This document shows, one piece after another, positions 53,531 to 64,000 of a DNA stretch of 64,000 nt. The notes beneath the pieces are model-generated. The model was not told the origin of the DNA. It made no database searches and was given only the letters and a program-made list of their open reading frames with translations. A program made the translations under genes and the position numbers. Each line of letters starts with the position of its first letter. The stretch's first letter is position 1. Source of the DNA: Octopus vulgaris (taxonomy: Eukaryota); the NCBI GenBank assembly GCA_951406725.2, contig OX597818.1, positions 119,226,001-119,290,000 of the forward strand. Reading direction: 5' to 3'.

Positions 53531-53924
53531 ATCGTTCTGCTGCTCAATGACATTTACATTTGAATAAGCAAGGTATTGATGAAACACAAACCAGGATTGA
53601 GTATGTTAATAAAGAAGCAGACGATAAACGAATAAAAGTATCGTATAGATAGAACGAAATATTTTACGATAAGGTATATTGTAAACAAAAAATGTAGATG
53701 GCCAAATCACCATTGAATCTGAACAACCCAACGAATATTCGGCCGTTCTTTTCCCGTTACTCAATATAATTTTTCCATATCAAAGGACATCATACATGAG
53801 TAATCCAAACTTTTATATGCTCTCATTCTCCTGAAAGAAGTCGGTGTTGGTACAACTGATTCGAAAAATGTCGTAGTTTCCAAAGATGAGCTCAGCGCTT
53901 TTAATGGGCATCACAATGCAGAAT

Positions 53925-54095
53925 ATTCCTTTGTACTCTAGGCACAAGGCCCGACAATTTTGGGGAGTGGGAGTCATTCGTTTAGATCGACCTCAGTACA
54001 CAGCTGGTACTTAATTTATCGACCGCAAAAGGATGAAAGACAAAGTCGATCTTGGAGGAATTTGAACTCAGAACGTAAAGCATTTTGCCCAGCCT
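53925..54095 (-). mobile_element. SINE family B (partial)
   Basis: Match to family B. Confidence 0.82.
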
Positions 54096-55588
54096 TACAC
54101 TGTAGAATATTACAATGGCTTGTGCAGTGAAATTACATCATCAGAGAGTCAGGTACACAGTATCATTTCGGTTGTCTGATTTTAATTATATTTTAATTAT
54201 TTTAGTTCAAACTTGTTGTTTCTATCGACACGACCTACAGAATCGATGCGAGTCTTCCTTAGGTTGGACGTCAACAACAACAAAACAAGGCTAATTATCT
54301 TTCATAGAAAATTAAGGCTCATTATCCTTCATAAAAAAACAACGAAGAATAATATAAGGGCAATTCGTGTATAAGTCCATAATTTATCTACATAATAATT
54401 GGTAAATACTATTTGACTTAGAGGAGAATTTCATATCCAATGAAAACAACTAAGATTAATAAACACAGTGAACACAAAAGAGGTAACATATGGAAGTGAA
54501 CGGCTTTTGTATGTAAGTGTTTGATACACTCAATGTCGCAATGATATATATACTTTCCCCGTTGTTTATTATCCATATTCTAGTTTTGGCATCTTATTGA
54601 CAAACGACGCAGAAATAGAAAATGATACAAATGATCAAAAAATTAATGGTAATAAAAATTTTAAAAATATAAAGTAAACCAATTGACCCACATGATTACT
54701 CCAAAGATGAAACCAAAAGTATAGAATACCAAATGAGCCGCTTGTTCGGTGAAGTTTTAGCACAGGCGTGTTTCGACTTTTATGAAAACAGATGATTACC
54801 CCCAGATTATAATGTTGTAAATACAAACACTGTAAAGATTCGTTATCAATAGTGTCTATAAGAGTTCTACTTCAAAGGAAATCGTTTGCGTGTGATCAAC
54901 TTGTTAACACAGCAGGATACCAGACCGTCGACAAGCCTCCTTACATTTGTTTCTTCATAAAATTAATTTTGGCAGTCCTTTGTTAAAATCTAAGCATCAT
55001 AGCTGCTTTTGCCATTCATTAAGAGATGCTATTAAAACAAGAAGATTTTGCTCGGCCTCACCCTTATAAATACATACATATTCACTTACATGGTGTATAC
55101 ATAGATGCATTTACACACACTCACACACACACATTTTCCAGCATGGCCACAGTCACATGACAGAAACAAGTAAAAGAGTAAAGAGTATACATACATACAT
55201 ACATACATACATGCATACATATTCCTCTTTATTTTTTACTCTATTCATTCACAGTTTAGCGTATACACCCTACACAAGAAAAATAAAGCTGCTATGGGAA
55301 TCTCATTTGGGCTTATTTTGGACCAGTTGTTCTCAACCTGGGACCATATGGTCCCTGAAAGTGCATATCAGACTTTCGGGGGTCCAAGCAACAAAATATT
55401 AAATTGGGGATCCACAATAATATTTTAAGAAACCCTGAAACATTTTTTTTAATTTAGACGTCTCTATTGGTATGTATTACAAGAAAAGGCTAGGGTTCTT
55501 TCTCTAACATGTCAACTTACATAAATTAATGTGTGGAAAGAAAAAGGAATTTTGAAAAAACAGTTTCTATAAAACTAATTTTTAAATA

Positions 55589-56148
55589 GAAATGCAGCGT
55601 GGAAAGTGTTTATAAGCCATTTAAAAAAGAACTCACAAAAACCGTTAGATTCACTTCAACATTTAAATTTAATTTGCCAAAATATTTTTGTCGCTTTGAG
55701 GCCGCTGCAGCACGGAGTTTTGTCAGTGAATAGGTCGCTGTCTTAAAGCGAAGAAAATATTTTGGTAAATTAAAATGAGTGGAGGCGCGTGGTTTAGTGG
55801 TTAGGGCGTCAGCATCATGATCGTAAGATTGTGGTTTCGATTCCTGGACCGGGCGACGTGTTGTGCTCTTGAGCAAAACACTTCATTTCACGTTGCTCCA
55901 GTCCAATCAGCTGGCAAAAATGTGTAACGCCACTGAAACCGGGAAACCGGAAGCATGAGCCTGGTTAGGCTTTAAAAGGGTGCATTTATTATTTTTTATT
56001 TATTAAATTAAACTGAAATGTTGAAGTGAATCTAACGGTTTTTGTGTAATTTTTAAATGGCTTATAAACACCTTCCAGGCTGCACTTGTTTTTGTTTCAG
56101 CACACGATCTCAGATTAGGTCACTTGCTACGCAGGTACACCTCCGTAA
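55589..56148. mobile_element. Fold-back PLE-like insert with 13-bp TSD
   Basis: Arm 55593-55705 pairs with 55735-56084 (interrupted by a SINE), plus an unpaired 3' extension; TSD taatttttaaata at 55576-55588 and 56149-56161. Confidence 0.8.
55779..56003 (+). mobile_element. SINE family D nested in the fold-back element
   Basis: Matches 49104-49360; taaattaaa is duplicated at 55766 and 56004. Confidence 0.9.
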
Positions 56149-56341
56149 TAATTTTTAAATATCGAATGGCTATGGGGGTCCACCAGAAAAAAATAATAAT
56201 CAAAGGGGTCCATAGATAAAAAGAATGGTCAAGAAACTTTACACCTGTCTATATCTATAGATCATGATATGCCCGCTTACGCTTAATAATGCTATTATTG
56301 ATATTAATGTTATATAAATGCTATGTCTAGGTTCTGGAGGT

Positions 56342-56375
<34 letters not shown>

Positions 56376-56723
56376 CACTGATTCATGGTAACTAGATCTA
56401 TTGAATATTTCCTTTAGTTTTAACTAAGCAACCATACACATATTCCAGTTATTATGGGATTATATAATTTATGTAAACAGCAATAAAAACATACATGTGA
56501 TTACAATAGAACATTGTAATTACATTTTTAAGTAAACAGCGGACTGATATAACTAAATAACTATACTATGAAATTATGATATCACATCATCTAGATAAAC
56601 AACAATGTAATAATATCAGTAAAGATAATGCAAAAAACTATACTTATATTATTGGCAACGGATTAACATAACGTTAAATATTACGTATTCTATCTAAATT
56701 CCAGAAACGAGCTTTTGGATCTA

Positions 56724-56954
56724 TACTCTTTTACTCTTTTACTTGTTTCAGTCATTTGACTGTGGCTATGCTGGAGCCCCGCCTTTGGTCGAGCAAATCG
56801 ACCCCACGTCTTATTCTTTGTAAGCCTAGTACTTATTCTATCGGTGTCTTTTGCCGAACCGGTAAGTTAGGCGGACATAAACACACCAGCAGCTGTTTTC
56901 AAGCGATCTTGGGTACAAGCACAAACACGCAAACATATACACACGCATATACAT

Positions 56955-57020
<66 letters not shown>

Positions 57021-57021
57021 G

Positions 57022-57055
<34 letters not shown>

Positions 57056-57215
57056 CGACGGGCTTCTTTCAGTTTCCGTCTACCAAATCAACTCACAAGG
57101 CTTTGATCGGCACGAGGCTATAGTAGAAGACACATCCCCAAAGTGCCACGCAGTGGGACTGAACCCGGAACCATGTGGTTGGTAAGCAAGAAACTTTCCA
57201 CACAGCCACTCCTAT
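56724..57215 (-). mobile_element. SINE family A, full length
   Basis: Match to family A. Confidence 0.93.
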
Positions 57216-57219
57216 GCTT

Positions 57220-58030
57220 ATGGTTATGTGATGAAAATTTTCTGTGCTTGTTGATGATTTACAGACAAAGGTTACAGACAATGCTTTTTGCGAGTGCATT
57301 ATATGGATATGCATCTCGTATCACTATTCAAGTCGTGTTGTATTGTACCTTTTTCTCTTTGAGGTCCCATATAAAGTCCGCCAAGGATGTGCATTTCCTT
57401 TTGCAGTTGTTCCTAAACGATGCCGCATGTTTCTTCCAGTGACTCTTGAGGTTGTCGATCGTTGCCACTGTATATGAATACACGTGTGCGCTTGCTCTTA
57501 CAGTACATTTCTATATATATTTTCTACGTAAGCACCCGTTTGTTTCTAATCTCTACAATTGCAATTTTTATATTACTATTTGCAATCAGGTTATTCCTTG
57601 TCGTCTTTGGTTTCATTTTTTTCCTTATGGGATTGATATTCCTGTGAATGTTACTATGTTTATTGTTCTCATCACTGTCATTCTCATTGATATTATTGTT
57701 AGTGTTTTCATCAGTCCCGTTGTTACTCGTAATACCAATGGTAAAGTTGATATTTCCATTTACATTGTCATCAATTAGTATACCATTATTGTCACTTCCG
57801 ATGCTATGGTTTTCTCTATTTTCTGGACTTACACTATTGCGGGCGAACTTTTTTAGAATTTGCTAATGCTAGATGCAGCTTCCTATTGTTAAGTTTATGA
57901 ATATAGCATTTGATGTTATTTGACGTTGCATAAGACAATTTCACCATATGCCAATAAAAAATTTCATAGGGTCTACTAAATTTAGGGAAATGTCTATCTA
58001 ATGCTGAGGAAAAATTCTCCAGCAATTTTA
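57220..58030 (-). mobile_element. Penelope-like element C-terminus with GIY-YIG endonuclease (decayed)
   Basis: FSSALDRHFP..IF..VKLSY..N..IH..N linker, NCNCR, KCTV..YT...LKSHWKKHAASF..TSLADFIWDLK, AYPY..CNLCL; contains stop codons. Confidence 0.82.
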
Positions 58031-58920
58031 GATGCTACATGCGATTCGAACACTGGATTAAACTATAAGATGCAACCTTCATTAGACTAATAATTAGCTT
58101 TTGTTTAATTGTTTGCGTGTTTTGTAGTATCATGCATATTGTAATTAAAAAAGGTCTTTTACGCACACACATACATACATAAATACATACATACATGCAT
58201 ATATACATACGCAAACACACACACACATATATATTGTTTTTTGGAGGATTCCAACAACCCCCTAAAGTGACTAAACGGTGGAGTGCCTCATTATTATAAA
58301 ATTAAAAAACCGTGAGCGCTTGACATTTCGGGTTGGCAAGCAGTTCACTGTGAGCCTTTGATATAGAGCGTTGTGTCTAGTGTAATATGATATAGGTGTG
58401 CGTGGTGTATATACTTTCTTTCCCGCTGCTTCCTTATATTATATATGCAACATACAAGGATATAAAAGTGGTGATGAGTTGTTGCAAGCTTGCGTTGGAC
58501 GTTTATATGCATCGAATGGAGGAAACTGAAAACATGTGGAAGCCTAAAATGTAAGAACTTAAAGAACTTTTTCCCCTTTTTCTTTTCTCTTTTCCTTTCA
58601 TTTCCCTCTAAAATCATTCTGAGGTTGTTTGCTAACTGTAACAAGGTAAATGTAAATTTACTCCGATTTGATACACAGAAACAACTGTAAATGGTTCCGA
58701 ACTACACTTAAATAATGACTTTTTAATACCAATGATCAACTCGTCCTTGTTAATTATTCCTTCATTTCTTTTCTATATAAATTAAACCAGGTTTTACCTT
58801 TAAATTACCTACTACTGTATTCCTTATAGCTAGGACGATACATAGTGAGGTAATGAACCAGGTGTGCCTACGGATACATCTATCCCTTAGATGGTTACAT
58901 AGCCTCTAACATATTTTACT

Positions 58921-58985
<65 letters not shown>

Positions 58986-59096
58986 CTTATACGTATATGC
59001 ATATATACATGTATAAATACATATACGTACATATATGCATATATATATATATGTATATATACATATGTATGTATATGTATCTATATATGCACATAC

Positions 59097-59127
<31 letters not shown>

Positions 59128-59148
59128 TAGAGAGAGAGAGAGAGAGAG

Positions 59149-59214
<66 letters not shown>

Positions 59215-59279
59215 CCTAACAGCATTAGAACATGCTTATTATACCTGTGGATATGTCCAGATTACATTATAAGGATGAA

Positions 59280-59900
59280 AATAGGCTATACATGGATACA
59301 CTGATGGTTTAGAAAGTGCTTGAAAACAAGGTATGTAGCAGATAACAAAATACCACATATTCCAATGGTAATTGAATTGCAAATCATATTTAAGAAAACG
59401 AAAGTGGCTAAGAGATGAGAATAATTAAAGTTAAACTTGCTAAAACAGGCAGACTCCAATAACAAATACAATATGGAAATACAATGGAAGAAAATGGAAG
59501 ACAATTAAAACCCGCATTTAGAAACCAGTAAAAGAAACGCTTCCTGAAAGAACAGATAAGGAATGACTGATGAAATTCTATTTAAAATGGACGAAAGATG
59601 TACAAAGCTGATGATACACGAGATATAGTTCCCCATCTTTAAGTGATATGCTCTGAATGAACAAATGTTACTTTCTAATGTCTCGAAGAATAACGTCAAA
59701 TAGCGGGAAAAGCAACATAAATTGAAAGAAAATGAATAGGATCGCAAACAGTAAACGTGTTAGTAAAGAAATAAATAGCATTAAAGGCAAAAGTTTCAAT
59801 ATACTGCTTGAATATATGTGTATTTCATCTCGATAAATAGAATAGACGAGAGACAGAGACAAAATATCGCAATTTTGAAACTAATGATAAAAGAAAAGCT
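59280..59900 (+). mobile_element. Possible decayed RTE-like LINE remnant
   Basis: MTDEIL..MDER motif at ~59562; otherwise weak. Confidence 0.35.
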
Positions 59901-59939
59901 TAAGAGAAATTGAAATGGCAATAATAAAACCTAGAAAGG

Positions 59940-60620
59940 CTGTTGTGTGCTGTTGTCCAATGGGCGGAAAAGAACAATATGCTTCTAAATGAAGATAAGT
60001 TTAATTTGATCCACTTTAGAAAAGAGGATACTCTGAAACTACCATATGCCTTTCCTTCGGGCGACTCCCTATTGTCATCCAACATCACCAGAGAACTTGG
60101 AGTAATTATTGATAACAATCTAAGCTAAAGTTCCCACGTAAACAGCAAGGTTGACTTGGCCCGTAAGATGTGCTCCTGGATTCTGAGAACTTTCCGGGCT
60201 AGTGAGGTCCACACTATCATCCTTCTCTACTCTACTTTTGCCCGATTCCACCTTGAATACTCTTGCCCACTGTGGTCTTTCCACATGAAGCAACTCATTA
60301 TGAAAGTGGAAGCCTCCAGATGTCAATAACAAGAAAGGTAGACGGCATGACAGGCATTGACTATTTGGGGTGGACTAATAAAACTCAATCTCTACTCTCT
60401 GCAACGCCGCCGGGTACGCTACATCATTTGTGTGATGTAGAAAATATTCCATCTATATTGCACAGGTGATGTTGGCATCAATTTTAAAATCCACCCAAGA
60501 CTTGGGCCCCTTGCTATCCGCCCACTACAAAAATCGAATTCAGGACACATAACAACGTTACGTCACAACTACTTTACCTCAACCAGTTCAGCTCTCTTTA
60601 ATATCATACGTCAAAACGGA
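59940..60620 (+). mobile_element. CR1-like LINE 3' fragment (distinct subfamily)
   Basis: QWAEKNNMLLNEDKF, RELGVIIDNNLS, WILRTF, LEYSCPLWS and YSLQRRR motifs. Confidence 0.88.
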
Positions 60621-61042
60621 AATGGATCCCATAAGTGCACTGGAAAATTTCTTCAAAAAGTCCCCTGCATCGGCACTTGCCTTTCTCTTGAATAACATCA
60701 GTGGCGTGGAGAGCGGAGGCTGGTATGCATGCGATATTGCTGTTCTTCCATAAACAACCATGCCCAGATTGTGCTTCTCAGAGTAACTTTCTAGGTTCAA
60801 CCCATGAACATTAATAAACGAAGAGGGTCTTTACCCCGTTGAATATATAATATATAATATATATTATATATACACAAATTGAGATAGGGGTTGTAAATGC
60901 AACCCTCCATGGGATAACATATATCCAATATACTGCTAGTGAAGTATCCAACAAAGTTAATACATAAATGTTAAGAATTGCGATGCAATTAATTCATTTA
61001 CTGTATTATATGGGCAAAGGTAAAATGTTTTACCACAAATTA

Positions 61043-61513
61043 ATAATACAAAATAAGAAAATGGAGAAATACATCTAAATCAATTATCAACTACCAGATA
61101 ATACCCAATCACATACTTTATTAAACAACTACGTATGAACATTAAGGTCAAACATAATAATATAGAACAAAACAGTGTACACGAAGGAGTAATATGATAC
61201 AATAAGTACAATATGTATAAGAGAATATAAATAAATATAAATAACTATAAATATAAATATAAACATAAACATAAAAAATATAAATATAAATATAGTTTAT
61301 ATTTATATTTATGTTTATTTATATTTATTTATATTCTCTTATACATATTGTACTTATTGTATCATATTACTCCTTCATGTACACTGTTTTGTTCTATATT
61401 ATTATGTTTCACCTTAATGTTCATATGAGGTGGTTTAATAAAGTATGTGATTGGGTATTATCTGGTAGTTGATAATTGATTTAGATGTATTTCTCCATTT
61501 TCTTATTTTGTAT

Positions 61514-61516
<3 letters not shown>
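61043..61516. repeat. Large near-perfect palindrome (~200-bp arms) within a TA-flanked insert (~60870-61516)
   Basis: ataatacaaaataagaaaatggagaaatacatc... is mirrored as ...gatgtatttctccattttcttattttgtattat; AT-rich centre. Confidence 0.95.
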
Positions 61517-61548
<32 letters not shown>

Positions 61549-62579
61549 CGAAGTCGCGTATTGTCCTTGCCTTCGATGCGGAATTCTTTATGCTGCATAT
61601 CTCGTTTCTGTGTTTGTTTGGGGTTTTTTTCGTTGTTCCCAAAAAATGCTCGTTTCTTCGTTTTTGTTTTTGTGTTTTCGTTTCTCAGTCTGCTTAACGT
61701 TTAGCGGGTAACTGATTTGCTACTGTGTGGTACTAAGGAACTAATTATAGTAACAGGACTATAAAATATGAGACGTGGCCGTCCTGCATTATATTCTAAC
61801 ATAGCATATTAAAGCACGTGTTATCATTATCGCTTATGCATCTTTAAAGACAGTATAGTGTGATTGGCGAAAAGCTCTTTTTTCCTTCTAAGAGTTCGAA
61901 GATCGTCAAAAGATTCCTTGGTTGGCTTAGTCGAACGTGTTGATACGAATAGAACTTCTATCACCCGTTTTATTGTGAGCATGAAAGTGATGTGGACTAC
62001 ACAGTTTATGAATAATTATGGTCTTGATATGTACACACAACACACGCATACACACACACCATCACACCCTTACAAACACAGTTACATTTAGACGGAGACA
62101 AGAGGCAGATAAAGATAACGCATGATATTATCAATGAACAGTAACCTGTGACCCATAAAAATCACGCGTGTAGTAACCTTTTGTTTTGTCTTGTTCAATC
62201 TATATAATGAACACGCCGAATCAGAAAAGCCTCAAAGATTTAAATATACTCATGAAGTACATATCGTTGCATAATATCCTATATCTGTACCAGCAATTTT
62301 TCACCTCTCTCCAGAAATTAGCTAAATTTATGCTCCCAGACTCACGATTAAAGCTTTATACTCAAAGGTCCAGTAGATATGATCTTCCTTCAGAGACCCC
62401 AGTAGAATTCTCAAGAACTGTGATTGTCTTTATATGTCAATGCTTTTACCGCTGTGCTCAAATTAATCCACTTACTGCCTTCCTTAGATTGCAGACTTTG
62501 TGCCAAAATTTGAAACCATTATTATAGAGAAATATCATTTAACTATATTCCATTTTATTTTAAAGTGATAGATTATTTA

Positions 62580-62772
62580 TTATCTCTTTATAGCCCACAA
62601 GGGGCTAAACATAGAGGGGACAAACAAGTACGGACAAACGGATTAAGTCGATTACATCAATCCCAGTACGACACTGGTACTTATTTAATCGACCCCGAAA
62701 GGAGGAAAGGCAAAGTCGACCTCGGCGGAATTTGAACTCAGAACGCAGCGGCGGGCGAAATACGGCTAAGCA
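62580..62772 (-). mobile_element. SINE family B (head-truncated)
   Basis: Match to family B. Confidence 0.88.
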
Positions 62773-63593
62773 AATAATCCTCTCTTTCTTAAATAGGTCT
62801 TCTTAACTTTTTCCAGCCCGTGGAATTTCCACGTGTCCTAATAGTTTCAAACTAAAGTATTTAGAATTCAAGTCGGGTGTTTATGTATGTGTAGGAGTAA
62901 CAGAGGGCATTAAAATAGCTGAAGGTAGCGCCAAGAAAACGAAGGAGAGAAGTGTTTATTCAATATTTGTCAATAAATTATCTTCTTTAAAATAATTGTT
63001 ATTCTTTTCTTAGGCGTTCAGTGTACAATGGTTTGCCGTGATACGTGTGAAGCGACCATCATCGCAGTGTGCTCTGCAGTTGACAATGCGTAATTTCGTT
63101 TATAATTAATCAATTAAGTATAATCTGACAAGATAATCTGTCACTTCAATCGAATTACTATTTAAATCCAATGGAAGTTAAGCAGCTTCTTTTCAAAACC
63201 ACGAGCAATTATCAAAGTTAATCATGGCTCTTCTGGTTAACAGTTTAATATGAATAACAGTCTGTCAGGTTTGCTAATAAAGCTGACATAATGAATAGCT
63301 ACGTGAAGTAAATAATTCAGCAAATATATGTTTACTAAATTTTATAAGGAAGAACTAAAATTCTTGTTTACCTTCATTGATCTAGGATAGTTTTGACTAA
63401 CTGAAGAAGTAGAACCTGTTCGAAACGTAGATGTCTATATAGATCGATTGTTCAGGACGAGGCAAATTGCCTAAAAGTAGATATTCAACGAAAACGAAAT
63501 AGAGGTCCAATTAATATATTGAAATCTGCGGAATTATTTTATATATGAACATTATATCATCGTATATAGATCGACAGGCATAGATATAAAAGT

Positions 63594-64000
63594 AACTCTT
63601 TACTTGTTTCAGTCATGTGACTGTGGACATGCTGGAACACCGCCTTTAGTCGAGCAAATCGACCCCGGGGCTTATGCATTGTAAGCATAGTACTTATTCT
63701 ATCGACCTTTTTGCCGAACCGCTAAGTTACGGGGACGAAAACAGACCAGCATCGGTTGTCAAGCGATGTTAGGGAACAAAACACACACACAAACATACAC
63801 ATACAAGCATACATACACACACACACACACATATATATACATATATATAATATATACGACGGGCTTCTTTCACTTTCCGTCTACCAAATCCACTCACAAG
63901 GCTTTGGTCGGCCCGAGGCTATTGTAGAAGACACTTGCCCAAGGTGCCACGCAGTGGAACTGAACGTGGAATCAGGTGGTCCGTAAGCAAGCTACTTACC
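63594..64000 (-). mobile_element. SINE family A, running off the window edge
   Basis: Match to family A. Confidence 0.92.

Larger units (their letters stand above)
55324..56240. mobile_element. hAT-like MITE host element, interrupted
   Basis: Left end cagttgttctcaacc, right end ggtcaagaaac (CAGTGGTTCTCAACC-type TIR); subterminal ggggtcc motifs. Confidence 0.65.

Overview
AT-rich, repeat-dominated eukaryotic DNA, almost certainly animal. The SINE repertoire and extreme microsatellite density point to an octopus/coleoid cephalopod (inference from recalled repeat types, not a database result). I see no intact multi-exon gene. Most ORFs in the track are microsatellite or SINE artefacts. One plausible signal-peptide exon lies at 9673-9765 (-). 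The window contains: a frameshifted near-complete CR1-like LINE ORF2 (4303-7330, -); RTE, CR1 and RNase H-bearing LINE remnants; two recognisable Penelope-like (PLE) remnants; a maT/DD37D-like and a mariner transposon; hAT, Tc1 and Helitron-like non-autonomous elements; and dozens of tRNA-derived SINE copies in about four families (labelled A-D here). Two signals stand out. (1) A recurring fold-back architecture: five long hairpins, several beside (TA)n, three of which carry minimal type I hammerhead ribozyme motifs. One hammerhead (3871-3930, -) looks essentially intact. (2) A modular SINE set: one tRNA head is joined to four different tails, one tail type inserts at ACAAC-type targets, and one SINE family shares a covarying 3' stem-loop with the resident LINE. 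All alignments were done by eye, so the ends of decayed elements are approximate.
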